64,000 nucleotides of DNA, taken from contig JBDRNJ010000024.1 in NCBI GenBank assembly GCA_043811375.1, forward strand, positions 1 to 64,000, in the 5' to 3' direction. The number at the start of each line of letters is the position of its first letter. The stretch's first letter is position 1. Source of the DNA: a bacterium (lineage in GTDB: Bacteria; Zixibacteria; MSB-5A5; GN15; FEB-12). Made by a program: the position numbers and the translations under genes. This document shows positions 1 to 9,521 of the stretch, piece by piece. The notes beneath the pieces are model-generated. The model was not told the origin of the DNA and did not search any database. It was given only the letters and a program-made list of their open reading frames with translations.

Positions 1-140
1 ATGGCTTTGAGAAACGCTTGATTCACCTGCCAAGAAAACGAAAACAGAAGAAGAACAATGATGACAACAAAGACCCTGAATCAAAAAAAGTGTTACCTAT
101 GTAACCGGTCTAATGTGTATCCTATGTAACCGGTCATACA
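1..140 (+). mobile_element. Right end of IS481-family insertion sequence
   Basis: Two tandem 21-bp repeats GTGTTACCTATGTAACCGGTC (90-110) and GTGTATCCTATGTAACCGGTC (115-135), then terminal ...ATACA at 140 (TGT...ACA ends). Confidence 0.8.
3..104 (+). CDS. C-terminus of probable IS481-family transposase (partial, runs in from window edge)
   Basis: Open frame from the window start, GFEKRLIHLPRKRKQKK...SKKVLPM*, ends inside the terminal repeats; a KVLPM end overlapping the right IR is typical of IS481 elements. Confidence 0.7.
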   Translation, partial: GFEKRLIHLPRKRKQKKNNDDNKDPESKKVLPM

Positions 141-141
141 C

Positions 142-348
142 TATGATGTGTACGATGCCGGTCTCATCAAGCGTGGGACGATCCGCATTGTGGCTATGGA
201 GCTATGTCGCTGGGATTCGATACCGGAGCGACTTTGGCGCGGCGAAACAAATGTCAGTGCCGACGGATTCCGTGCCGACCACATCGACTACTTTGACAAC
301 CCTGACAACGACTTCGAGTTCGTCGCCTACTACTTTGAATTAGCATAG
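142..348 (+). pseudogene. 3' remnant of a gene probably interrupted by the IS
   Basis: Frame is open from the IS end (YDVYDAGLIKRG...VAYYFELA*) with host-like codon usage and no RBS. Confidence 0.55.
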
Positions 349-423
349 ACAGCCTGCTCTTTGTTGACAAGGGGGTAGTGAGAAGGTAGATTGGGTAAAC
401 TCAAGCTAATTCCATAACAATCT

Positions 424-524
424 GTCATTGCATCATCGCGAACCCGCCGAAGGCGGGTGTGGCGATCTCTAAGAACTGTTTCTTCACCAGGAGATTTCCA
501 CATCGCTTCGCTCCCCATAATGAC
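424..524. repeat. Degenerate GTCAT...ATGAC REP-like palindromic element
   Basis: GTCATTG/TCATCGCGAACCCGCCGAAGGCGGGTGTGGCGATCTC ... GAGATTTCCACATCGCTTCGCTC...AATGAC inverted pair with internal hairpin. Confidence 0.6.
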
Positions 525-592
525 CTTGCAATATATTTTATGAATCATCTGAGCTAACCGGTGCCAACGGCTCCTTGCCGGAGCTAAAACAG

Positions 593-619
593 ATCAGGCC
601 AGGGTGACAGATACAGTAG
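593..619 (-). repeat. 27-bp exact direct repeat of the DUF401 gene 3' region (other copy 762-788)
   Basis: ATCAGGCCAGGGTGACAGATACAGTAG occurs at 593-619 and 762-788. Confidence 0.9.
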
Positions 620-631
620 CCGGCAGCCTTC

Positions 632-716
632 TAGGGCAGGTCTGTCTTCAAACCTGCCATAGGCGAAGCCTGTCCCCCCTTATGGAAAGGCGGATTCGAA
701 GACGGATCCGCCCTAC
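632..716. repeat. GTAG-type REP doublet (inverted pair)
   Basis: TAGGGCAGGTCTGTCTTCAAACCTGCC ... GGCGGATTCGAAGACGGATCCGCCCTAC; arms are mutually inverted and each forms a hairpin. Confidence 0.65.
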
Positions 717-743
717 GGGACTGCGGAACCGCTATGGGGCTGC

Positions 744-1967
744 TCAGAGGGGAAAGAAGAAATCAGGCCAGGGTGACAGATACAGTAGAAAACCGAATAA
801 AGCCAGGAGAAAAACAGGCAATGCCAGTTTACGGTAGACCTTTAGCAGATCACTGTTGAAATACTCGTTTGTGAGAATCAGGCACAGGTGAGTGGGCGAA
901 AGAATCATGCCCAGATATCCCGAAAGATAAGCCAGCAGAATATGGGCCGGGACTATTTCAGGCTGGTAGAGAAACCCGGCCAGCAGAGTATAACCGAGGG
1001 CCACAAAAGCGGCGACCATGCCGGTCAGGATGCCGGCGGCAAAACAGACCAGGAAAATCACCAATTCTTCCGGCAGGTTGAGCTGCAGAGACAATCGGGG
1101 AATGGATCCGATAGCCCCCGACAACTCCAGCGCCGTTTGGAACGAGAGTGTTCCAAATATCAGAAAAATCAGCTTGTAAGACAGACCCTTCTTCGCCGCC
1201 GTCAGCAGACTCTTCCATGACGGTCGACTGACCAGAATCAGCACCACTATAGCTGCCAGTACCGCCAGCGCCAGATCAATCCTGAGGATACCATAAATAG
1301 CGATAGCCAGCGGTATGGGCCAGATAGTCTTCAGGATGCCGCCCAGAGCTCGTAGCGGTTCACTGTGTCCAAGCCCGTCATTGCCCACGTAACGGATGTA
1401 GAAAAACATGCCCAGGGCAATCATAACCAGACTCATGGGCATCTGCATCAGAGCCACCGAGCCAATGGGCATACCGGTGATGGCTTCGGTCAGGATGATT
1501 CCCGGATAAATCGGCCAGAAGAACTCGACCAAATGACGGAACCAGTAGTTGCTGGCTGTGCGGAACTCGGCCGGATAACCACCTTGTCCCAGGACGTTGT
1601 CCACCAACGGCGCCGACAAAAGAGAACCTCCCGGCATCGGCATCAATCCCACCAGCGGCGGCAGCAGGGCTACGGCCGTCTTATTGCCGCCCGGCAACCC
1701 ACGGCAGGCATCGGTAAGCTTGTCCAGAAAGTGCAGTTCCTGGAGCAGTTGTCCCAGGGCAGTAATCAAGACTATTACTGAAGTCAGCGAGATGAACCGT
1801 TCCGATTTCAGCAACTCCCAGTACCCGGCCAGTAAGGCGGACAGGTTGACCCCATAAAGAAGCGCCGTTACCACTCCCGCACCGAAAAGACTCACGGCTA
1901 CTGAGACCCTTTTTCGCAGGGCCAAAACGATAAGTGCAAAGACAACTACCAGCTTCAGCGCATCCAT
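744..1967 (-). CDS. DUF401 family integral membrane protein (ion-transporter superfamily-like)
   Basis: Multi-TM; GLMPMPGG, NYWFRH, SPTHLCL motifs; start moved to MDALKL (1967) just downstream of a promoter. Confidence 0.85.
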   Translation of the reverse strand: MDALKLVVVFALIVLALRKRVSVAVSLFGAGVVTALLYGVNLSALLAGYWELLKSERFISLTSVIVLITALGQLLQELHFLDKLTDACRGLPGGNKTAVALLPPLVGLMPMPGGSLLSAPLVDNVLGQGGYPAEFRTASNYWFRHLVEFFWPIYPGIILTEAITGMPIGSVALMQMPMSLVMIALGMFFYIRYVGNDGLGHSEPLRALGGILKTIWPIPLAIAIYGILRIDLALAVLAAIVVLILVSRPSWKSLLTAAKKGLSYKLIFLIFGTLSFQTALELSGAIGSIPRLSLQLNLPEELVIFLVCFAAGILTGMVAAFVALGYTLLAGFLYQPEIVPAHILLAYLSGYLGMILSPTHLCLILTNEYFNSDLLKVYRKLALPVFLLALFGFLLYLSPWPDFFFPL

Positions 1968-1974
1968 GCCGGCC

Positions 1975-2002
1975 AGTATAGCATACCGGGAGCAAATGTC
2001 AA
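1975..2002 (-). promoter_or_regulatory. Sigma70-type promoter of DUF401 gene (likely leaderless)
   Basis: TTGACA-16 bp-TATACT with TGn extension, 7 nt before ATG, no SD. Confidence 0.65.
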
Positions 2003-2091
2003 TCAACAGACTTGACATCAGACCGAACGACCGCCTAGCTTGATGTCAGACTACAACACGAAATGGACAGCACCGTTACAGGTAATTGACT

Positions 2092-2961
2092 ATGCCGACG
2101 TCCCGACCAAAGGAAAAACCTCTCAAGGTAGTAACCACCATCAATGGGCGACTTGTGCGGCGCGGGCGTGACCGAATATCCGTCTTCGACAATGCTCTTC
2201 TTTACGCGGAAGGTCTGTTTGAAACGCTGCTGGCAATTGATGGCCGCATGATTTTCGTCGACGAGCACCTGCGTCGTCTCTACCGTGGAGCTAAAATTAT
2301 CGGACTTAAGATCCCGGTCAAGGCCGACCGGTTGACGCGGTGGATGCAACGCACAGCGCGCGCTCATCCCGACCGCATCATCAAACTACGCCTGACGATA
2401 ACCAGCGGCGAATCGGCCCGCTGGGTCGGCCGTCAGGGCCTACCGCAGGTAATCCTCAGCGCTTCCCCGCACCAGATGCCAATCCAGCCGTTCAGGTTAT
2501 GGGTTTCCGATTTTCGCATCGATCAGCACTCTGTCTTTAGGCGGATAAAGACGCTGTCGTATGCCATCCACGCTGCCGCTTTGAATCAGGCCCGGCTGAA
2601 ACACTGTGATGATGCCATGCTGCTCAATGAGAAGGGCCAACTGGCGGAGGTGACGTCGGCCAATGTTTACTGGGTACACCGAAGGAAGCTGTATACACCG
2701 CCGCTGAGCGCCGGTTGTCTGGAGGGAGTGACGCGCAAGCTTGTTCTGAAAGAGGCAAAGAAACTGAACCTGCCGCTCAAGGAAAGCGACGGTACTGTCG
2801 ACAGTCTGCTGGGCGCCGACGAGGTCTTCATCTCCAGTTCCCTGAAACTGATCGTCGGCGTTTCGCACCTGCTGGTTGGCCGCCGCACCCATCGTCTGAA
2901 AACCGCATCCCTTACCGATATGATTAGCAACCACTTTCGACACCTGATTAAGCTGGATTGA
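2092..2961 (+). CDS. Class IV PLP aminotransferase (branched-chain aminotransferase / aminodeoxychorismate lyase-like)
   Basis: YAEGLFET, HLRRL, IKTLSY (PLP Lys), EVTSAN, LEGVTR, ADEVF motifs. Confidence 0.9.
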   Translation: MPTSRPKEKPLKVVTTINGRLVRRGRDRISVFDNALLYAEGLFETLLAIDGRMIFVDEHLRRLYRGAKIIGLKIPVKADRLTRWMQRTARAHPDRIIKLRLTITSGESARWVGRQGLPQVILSASPHQMPIQPFRLWVSDFRIDQHSVFRRIKTLSYAIHAAALNQARLKHCDDAMLLNEKGQLAEVTSANVYWVHRRKLYTPPLSAGCLEGVTRKLVLKEAKKLNLPLKESDGTVDSLLGADEVFISSSLKLIVGVSHLLVGRRTHRLKTASLTDMISNHFRHLIKLD

Positions 2962-3006
2962 CAAAGCGAAGTTAGCGAATCGCGATTTCGTACAGTGTTG
3001 CATCCC

Positions 3007-3040
3007 GTGGTGGGCGTACGTCCTCGTGCGCCCACTTCTG
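3007..3040. repeat. Dispersed palindromic REP-like unit (inverted copy at 43779-43812)
   Basis: GTGGTGGGCGTACGTCCTCGTGCGCCCACTTCTG nearly identical to the reverse complement of 43779-43812. Confidence 0.75.
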
Positions 3041-3160
3041 CAGCGTATTGTATGACCGGTTGCCGCATTACCTTTTTGTTGACTTCCGGTTCCAGTCACG
3101 TCTATCCTGTCGCTAAACAGTGTCGTGTATGGAACACGACCTGATTCAAGCGGAGGCGTC

Positions 3161-3982
3161 ATGGTGAATCGGGTTTTAAGAATCTGTATATGGGCAGGCA
3201 TAGCAGTGATTCTGGCTGCCGGCGCCGCTGCTCAAGATCCTTCTGACTATTCGCAGGGTAGTCTGTATGATGTTCCTCCCCGCTGGCTGGCGGACATGCC
3301 GACGGCCGGCACTCTGCCGCGCGCCTACTACAGTATCGCGGTCCGTTTTTATCCCAACGGCGGCGCCCTGGGCTTTACTGATATCGGGCTGTCGAACCGC
3401 CTGATGATGGGCATCGCCTTTGGTGCCGAAGACATCATCTCCAACCGCGACCCAAACTGGAACCCGCGTATCGAGTTTAATCTCAAATTCCGCGTAATCG
3501 ACGAACTGGAGTATTTCCCGGCGGTCAGTGTCGGTTTTTCTTCCCAGGGCAGCGGAGCCTGGGACCGGGATTTCGACCGCTACACCTTCAAGTCCCGCGG
3601 TTTCTATGCCGTCGCCAGTAGAAGTTTCTACTTTTACCAGTGGACTTCCGGCTGGCATGCCGGCGTCAACTACTCACTTGAGAACGACGTTGACCATGAG
3701 AAAGACGTTAACTTCTTCCTCGGCTTTGATGCCACCTTCAAGTACAACCTGGCCCTGCTGGCTGAACTGGATGCCGCCCTCAACGATGATCGCTCCACCC
3801 TGCCGGACGGCACTCAGTACGAATTCGCCGGTCGTGGCCGGGGTTATTTCAATGTGTCCGTCAAATGGCTGTTTGCTGAGAATCTGGAACTGGAAGCCCT
3901 GCTGAAGGACCTGTTTCTCAACCGCCGCGATGCCGACACCTTCACCCGTGAAATACGGCTGACCTATATCGACCATTTCTGA
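3161..3982 (+). CDS. Outer-membrane beta-barrel protein, YjbH-domain-like
   Basis: Signal peptide, DMPTAGTL motif, amphipathic strands, C-terminal Phe; GGAGG RBS before ATG 3161. Confidence 0.7.
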   Translation: MVNRVLRICIWAGIAVILAAGAAAQDPSDYSQGSLYDVPPRWLADMPTAGTLPRAYYSIAVRFYPNGGALGFTDIGLSNRLMMGIAFGAEDIISNRDPNWNPRIEFNLKFRVIDELEYFPAVSVGFSSQGSGAWDRDFDRYTFKSRGFYAVASRSFYFYQWTSGWHAGVNYSLENDVDHEKDVNFFLGFDATFKYNLALLAELDAALNDDRSTLPDGTQYEFAGRGRGYFNVSVKWLFAENLELEALLKDLFLNRRDADTFTREIRLTYIDHF

Positions 3983-4026
3983 CGGCTGTCTGGCCGGTGC
4001 CAGACCAGGTCAGCACGTAGCGTCGC

Positions 4027-5112
4027 TCAGTTCGACTTGCGGAACGCCTTCATAAATGCCACCAGTTTCTCTACTCCCTCAAGCGGCATGGCATTGTACA
4101 TCGAAACCCTGACACCACCCACACTGCGGTGTCCTTTGAGTCCGACGAATCCCGCTGCTTTGGCTTCGGAGATAAGTTTCTGCTCCAATTCCTCCGAAGG
4201 CAGCCGCATAGTGATATTCATCCAACTGCGGCTGTCGGGTTCTACGGTGCCACGGAAGAAATCCGGATCCCCGTCCATCATGGCATAGAGGCAATCCTTC
4301 TTGGCTATATTGATCTTCTCGACCGCTGCCAAACCGCCCTGCTTTTTAATCCAATCCAGCACCAGCCTGACCATGTAAATGGGAAATGCCGGCGGCGTGT
4401 TGTACATTGAGTTCTTTTTGGCATGGGTCTGGTAGTTGAACATACTGGGCAGATTCTCCGCGCACCTGGCCAGCAGGTCATCACGAATAATCACGATCGT
4501 GACGCCCGCCGGGCCGAGGTTTTTCTGGGCACCGGCATAGATCAGCGAGAAGCGGTTATAATCCAGTCGACGCGAGGCGATGTCGGATGACATGTCGCAC
4601 ACCAGCGGAACCCCTTGTGGGTCGGGGAACTGGTGAAACTGGGTGCCGACGATAGTGTTATTGGAGGTCAGGTGCAGGTAAGCCGCATCCGGCGGGCAAT
4701 CGATCTCCCGTGGAGTGGGAACCTTTCGGTAGCCCTCCGCCTGAGAGGAGAACACCACCTGCACGTTGCCGATACCGCGTGCCTCTTTGATGGCCTTGGC
4801 CGACCAGGTACCGGTGTCGACATAGGCTGCTGTTTTGCCCGGTGATAAGAAATTGAGAGGCGTCAACGCGAACTGTGTCGAGGCTCCGCCGCCGAGAAAC
4901 AGGACGTGGAACTGTTCTGTCAACCCCAGAATCTCCCTTATCAGCGCCGCAGCACTAAGGCTGATCTCATCGAACTCCGGTGAGCGGTGCGATATTTCCA
5001 TCACCGACATCCCCGTTGAATGATAATCCAGCAGCTCTTTCTGCGCCTGACGCAAAACGTCCAGGGGCAGGGTGGCCGGGCCGGGATTGAAATTGTAAAC
5101 TCTGTCAGCCAT
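4027..5112 (-). CDS. serC: Phosphoserine aminotransferase
   Basis: NFNPGPA, MEISHRS, DMSS, AGAQKNLGPAG, YNTPP, KGHRSVGG. Confidence 0.97.
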   Translation of the reverse strand: MADRVYNFNPGPATLPLDVLRQAQKELLDYHSTGMSVMEISHRSPEFDEISLSAAALIREILGLTEQFHVLFLGGGASTQFALTPLNFLSPGKTAAYVDTGTWSAKAIKEARGIGNVQVVFSSQAEGYRKVPTPREIDCPPDAAYLHLTSNNTIVGTQFHQFPDPQGVPLVCDMSSDIASRRLDYNRFSLIYAGAQKNLGPAGVTIVIIRDDLLARCAENLPSMFNYQTHAKKNSMYNTPPAFPIYMVRLVLDWIKKQGGLAAVEKINIAKKDCLYAMMDGDPDFFRGTVEPDSRSWMNITMRLPSEELEQKLISEAKAAGFVGLKGHRSVGGVRVSMYNAMPLEGVEKLVAFMKAFRKSN

Positions 5113-5171
5113 CTGTCACCTCACGCAAAGGGCATATTATGCCCGCCATTTTTTCATAATTCCGGATGCCG

Positions 5172-6050
5172 TCACTTGTTGCCGACATACTCTCCGATCA
5201 GCCGTTCAATGATTACCCCGATACGGAGCATATTCTCTTTTGACGAGGCGCCAATATGCGGACTGAACAGGCAATTGGGAGCGTCGATCAAAGGCGAATC
5301 CTTGGGTGGATCGGAATACCACACATCGGTGGCGTAGCCTGCCAGTTTGCCGCTCCTGAGGGCTTCGACAATGTCCTCTTCAACGCAGAGCCTACCGCGA
5401 CCGGTGTTGATCAGAATGGCTCCGTCCTTGAACTCAGCCAGGGATTGCCGGTTGATAATGTCTCGGGTGCTGTCCACCAGCGGCATATGCAGCGACAGGA
5501 AATCCGATTCATTGAGGACTTCCGTCAACGTCGGTCGAATTTCGGCAAAGTCCGTGAAGTTGACGTCCGGGTGCCAGCCGAGCACCCGCATCTGAAACGC
5601 TCTCGCCCGCGCGGCCAGGGCCAGACCGATACGTCCCAGTCCAAGTATACCCAGCGTCTTTCCGTACAGCTCTACCCGCTTGAGATCCTTCTTGAGCCAC
5701 TTCCCTTCGCGCATGGAAGCATCTGCCTGATTCAGCCGGTTGGCCAGACCGATCATAAGAGCGAAAGCCAGCTCCGCCACTGCTGTGGTTGAAGCCTCGG
5801 CCGTATTCTGCACGATAATGCCTTTCTCGGACGCATACTTGCGGTCAACGTTGTCCAGTCCCACACCGCCGCGCAGGACCATTTTCAGTCGCGGAGCATT
5901 GTCGATATACTCCCGGGTCACTTTTGTCTTGCTGCGCACCAGGACAATTTCCGTCTCCGGCAAGCGACTCTTGTCATCGGTCACTTCGCCGTATTTGGAG
6001 AGAATCCCGGGCAGGCTGGGATCAAAAGCGTCGGAAATCAGAATAAGCAT
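5172..6050 (-). CDS. serA: D-3-phosphoglycerate dehydrogenase, short form without ACT domain
   Basis: RGGVGLDNVD, GLGRIG Rossmann motif, NTGRG, PHIGAS; sits in DUF1015-serA-serC cluster. Confidence 0.8.
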   Translation of the reverse strand: MLILISDAFDPSLPGILSKYGEVTDDKSRLPETEIVLVRSKTKVTREYIDNAPRLKMVLRGGVGLDNVDRKYASEKGIIVQNTAEASTTAVAELAFALMIGLANRLNQADASMREGKWLKKDLKRVELYGKTLGILGLGRIGLALAARARAFQMRVLGWHPDVNFTDFAEIRPTLTEVLNESDFLSLHMPLVDSTRDIINRQSLAEFKDGAILINTGRGRLCVEEDIVEALRSGKLAGYATDVWYSDPPKDSPLIDAPNCLFSPHIGASSKENMLRIGVIIERLIGEYVGNK

Positions 6051-6068
6051 AGCTACTGTCCTTTCATA

Positions 6069-7313
6069 TTATTCATCTAGCAAATTAACTACCATACCGC
6101 TGCGCAGCTTGGGTTCAAACCAGGTTGACTTGGGCGGCATAACCTCGCCGACATCGGCCACCTTCAGCAACTGCTCCACTGAAACAGGATAAAGAGAAAA
6201 AGCCGCGGCGTAGCGACCACTATCAACCAGCCGCACCAGTTCTTTAACACCGCGAATACCACCCACAAAGTTGATGTTTGGATCGGTCCGGATATCCTTG
6301 ATACCCAGAATCGGTGTCAGCAGGCAGCGTGACAGGACAGCTGCGTCGATTGACCCCGTGGGATCATTGTTATCGACAATCCCTTCCCTGGTCAGAAGCT
6401 TGTACCATCGGCCGTCACAGTACAGACCGAAACTGCCGGAGACCCCGGGGATCACCGCCTCGGCGACGGCTTCCACCGTGAAGTTTCCTCCCACTCTCTC
6501 GATCAATTGTGCCGGTGTCAGATCGTTGAGGTTCGCCACTACCCGGTTGTAGGGCAGGATCTGCAGTTCGTCGTGGGGGAAAATCACGTTGAGAAAGAAA
6601 TTGTAAGGTTCTCGTCCGGAGTGGTCCGGATTAGTCGCTCGCATTCGCCGGGTAACCTCGGCGGCCGCTGCCGACCGATGATGGCCGTCGGCGATATAAA
6701 TCTCCGTCAACTCGGCGAAATTATCCACCAGCCGGTCAATGGTTGTCTTCGAAGATACCACCCACATTTGGTGACGTACACTGTCCTCGCTCACGAAGTC
6801 GTAGATCGGACGTTCACTTGTTACGGTATCGAAGGCAGCTCTTATCGCCGGCCGGTTGTGAAATATGGAAAGCACCGGACCCACCTGCGCCCGCAGGTGC
6901 TGAATATGATCGGCGCGGTCACTGACCTTTTCCGGTCGCGTCTGTTCGTGTTTCTTGATCCGCCCTTCCTCGTACTCGGCCACCGACGCCAAAGCCACCA
7001 GCCCGGTCTGACTGTGCCCATTCATAGTCAACCGGTAGAGATACAGACAGGGCTGATCGTCGTGACACATGATTCCGTCATCAATCAGCCGCTGCAGGTT
7101 CTCACGGCCACGCTGATAGACCTCTTGATTATAGGCGGATATGTCCCCGGGGAAATCGACTTCCGGTTTGTTGACTCTCAGGAACGAGTTGGGATTGCCG
7201 CGCACAAGTTCCCTGGCTTCCTCGCTGCTGAGAACATCATAGGGCAGCGAAGCCACCTGTGCGGCCCATTGCGGCTCAGGCCTGAGACCTCTGAAGGGAC
7301 AAATCACCGACAC
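6069..7313 (-). CDS. DUF1015 family protein
   Basis: LPYDV, KKHEQT, IADGHHR, MPPKSTWFEPK. Confidence 0.92.
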   Translation of the reverse strand: MSVICPFRGLRPEPQWAAQVASLPYDVLSSEEARELVRGNPNSFLRVNKPEVDFPGDISAYNQEVYQRGRENLQRLIDDGIMCHDDQPCLYLYRLTMNGHSQTGLVALASVAEYEEGRIKKHEQTRPEKVSDRADHIQHLRAQVGPVLSIFHNRPAIRAAFDTVTSERPIYDFVSEDSVRHQMWVVSSKTTIDRLVDNFAELTEIYIADGHHRSAAAAEVTRRMRATNPDHSGREPYNFFLNVIFPHDELQILPYNRVVANLNDLTPAQLIERVGGNFTVEAVAEAVIPGVSGSFGLYCDGRWYKLLTREGIVDNNDPTGSIDAAVLSRCLLTPILGIKDIRTDPNINFVGGIRGVKELVRLVDSGRYAAAFSLYPVSVEQLLKVADVGEVMPPKSTWFEPKLRSGMVVNLLDE

Positions 7314-7481
7314 CTCTGACTTACTCCATTATCTTCGAGCTTCTGATCAGATCACCATGGTCGTTGGGATTACCAACTGATCCAGGGACATTGTCAACAT
7401 CAGTCTAATATACAAAAACCTCCCGGTAAGCCAACCGAAATGACTCGAACCGTTCGGCTTTCCACGTTCTAGAACACGCCC

Positions 7482-7515
7482 AAAAAAAGCAGGCCGGTTA
7501 GCCACCGGCCTGCTT
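7482..7515 (-). terminator. Rho-independent terminator after SWIB gene
   Basis: AAGCAGGCCGGT/ACCGGCCTGCTT stem followed by a T-run on the minus strand. Confidence 0.85.
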
Positions 7516-7539
7516 CAACTGTCAATACTGATATCGCCG

Positions 7540-8007
7540 CTATTTCATGTGCTTCGAGATCAGCTTGGTCATCTCAAACATCGAGACCTGCATCTTGCCG
7601 CCGAAGATCTTCTTGAGCTTGTCGTCGGCGTTAATCATGCGTCGATCCTTGTTGTCCTGAAGCTTGTGCTTCTTGATGTAGTCCCAGAGCTTCTTAGTCA
7701 CCTGTGTGCGCGGTATCGGCTTGTCTCCGACCACCGCCGCCAGATCCGGCGACAAAGTCATCGGCCGCATGAAAGCGGGATTCGGTTTCCGTTTGGATTT
7801 TGTTTTCTTCTTGGCCACTTTCCTCTTGGCCGGTTTCCGCTTGGCGACCGTCTTCTTGATGACTCTCTTCTTGGCGACCGTCTTCTTAGCCGGTTTCCGC
7901 TTGGCGGTCACTTTCTTGACGACTTTCTTCTTAGCTGGTTTCCGCTTGGCGACAGTCTTTTTGACTGTCTTTCTCCTAACGGGTTTCTTCTTCCTTGCAA
8001 CTGCCAT
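7540..8007 (-). CDS. SWIB/MDM2-domain protein with Lys/Ala-rich histone H1-like N-terminal repeats
   Basis: Repeated KKTVAKRKPAKK units, then FMRPMTLSPDLAAVVG...RTQVTKKLWDYIK...INADDKL...SMFEMTK. Confidence 0.92.
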   Translation of the reverse strand: MAVARKKKPVRRKTVKKTVAKRKPAKKKVVKKVTAKRKPAKKTVAKKRVIKKTVAKRKPAKRKVAKKKTKSKRKPNPAFMRPMTLSPDLAAVVGDKPIPRTQVTKKLWDYIKKHKLQDNKDRRMINADDKLKKIFGGKMQVSMFEMTKLISKHMK

Positions 8008-8174
8008 CTGTGGCTCCTTCCGACATTAAGGTTCAAGTCTCTTTTATTCTCTAACTCACCCTCACCCGGATTCATCAGTGTCTCAAGCTGTGTCAACTCT
8101 AAAAAAAAACCATTATTTGAAAATATTGGCAAGAATAAAAAGTGACTCCCGGCAACTTTTTTTAATAGTCAAAA

Positions 8175-9365
8175 CTAACGACGTAGTTCGATAACCGGAG
8201 CCTCACGGGGACAGCCGAGCCGAAACGGAAACCAGTGACCGACTCCCGACGACGTGTAGAGGTGACTGCGCTGAAGCTGATAATGCCCCCACGGGTAACG
8301 TTGTAGTTGCAACATTTCAAAAAGTGAACGATTACCCAGGCCGATCTGTCCCCCATGAGTATGTCCGGCGAGGGTCAGGTTAACATCGGCTTCGGCGGCA
8401 TAGCCGAATACGTCGGGACGGTGACTCATCAACAGCACCGGCTCACCGTCGAGACACTCTCGCATCGTCTTCTGTAGAGTCTCACCGAAGAACGTTGTGT
8501 CCCCGATAACCATCGAGCGCGGATCATCCAGGCCGGCCACCAGCAGGTGCCGGGTGCCGACGGCAATTCTCACCGAACTGTTCACCAGCAAAGAGATAGA
8601 AGAGTGATCGAAAGCTCGCCGCACCGCGGTAATACCACGGTAATACTCGTGATTCCCCAGGCAGGCGAAGGCGCCCAGCGGCGGATTGAGTTGTTCAATC
8701 ATAGCCAGCGCGTCGGGCAGAAGCTGTAGATCGTCTGCAACGTCCCCGGTCAGTAAGACCAGATCAACCGACATCGGTTGGGTCCGGGAAAGGATGTCGG
8801 CCAGGTCATTCAGGGTAACGTACCGCCCCAGGTGCAGGTCCGACAGGTGTAACAATCGCAACCCGGAAAGATCACTCGGAAAAGTATCGATGACAAGCGG
8901 CCGGAGATAAACTCTCACATCTGCAAAAGCCCCGGTGAACCCGGAGACACCGGCAGATACCGACAGCAGCGGTACTGCAACCGTCGCTGTTTGCAAAAAC
9001 AGACGCCTTTTCTCATTCAATGGTTGGTCACTATCCTGATCCGCAGGAGACAACCGACCGAATACCCAGCGCACCAGATGAACCAATCCCGAAAACGGCA
9101 GAGAAATAATCAGGCAGAGTTGAAGAACCACTGCCAGGTTGGTGATTATAGCGGCAGCGAAAGCCAGCCATTTCTGGCCGGTGTATTCACCCACACTCCA
9201 CAGAATGATTGTAATTATTCCCGATAGCGGCAGACCAATCGCAGCCCTACGGATAATTTTGCGGCGCCACCAGGGACGGTTCAGACCCCAGAGCAGAAGA
9301 CAACTCACCAGACCTAACACCAGGATGACGACCGCAACGAAAACGACCGGCAAAAAAATGCGCAT
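8175..9365 (-). CDS. Membrane-anchored metallophosphoesterase (YkuE/YaeI-like)
   Basis: N-terminal TMs; DLH, TGD, GNHE, SHRP, GHTHGGQ. Confidence 0.9.
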   Translation of the reverse strand: MRIFLPVVFVAVVILVLGLVSCLLLWGLNRPWWRRKIIRRAAIGLPLSGIITIILWSVGEYTGQKWLAFAAAIITNLAVVLQLCLIISLPFSGLVHLVRWVFGRLSPADQDSDQPLNEKRRLFLQTATVAVPLLSVSAGVSGFTGAFADVRVYLRPLVIDTFPSDLSGLRLLHLSDLHLGRYVTLNDLADILSRTQPMSVDLVLLTGDVADDLQLLPDALAMIEQLNPPLGAFACLGNHEYYRGITAVRRAFDHSSISLLVNSSVRIAVGTRHLLVAGLDDPRSMVIGDTTFFGETLQKTMRECLDGEPVLLMSHRPDVFGYAAEADVNLTLAGHTHGGQIGLGNRSLFEMLQLQRYPWGHYQLQRSHLYTSSGVGHWFPFRLGCPREAPVIELRR

Positions 9366-9521
9366 AGAATCAGTATCCCATCATATTACTACAACATATA
9401 CGACCAGTCATTGATAGCGGAACATTCTTTTTGATGACACCTTTAGGCCTTCAACCTGAGCTACCGGTATGAAAATGCAATCGCGTACAATCATGGTGTT
9501 ATTCAGGGCAGTCGAATGAGG

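Noticed and set aside
90..135. Tandem 21-bp repeats as iterons or CRISPR
   Set aside because: Better explained as IS481-type terminal transposase-binding repeats
593..788. 27-bp direct repeats as a mini CRISPR array
   Set aside because: Only two copies, a 142-bp spacer, one copy is coding sequence, and no cas genes
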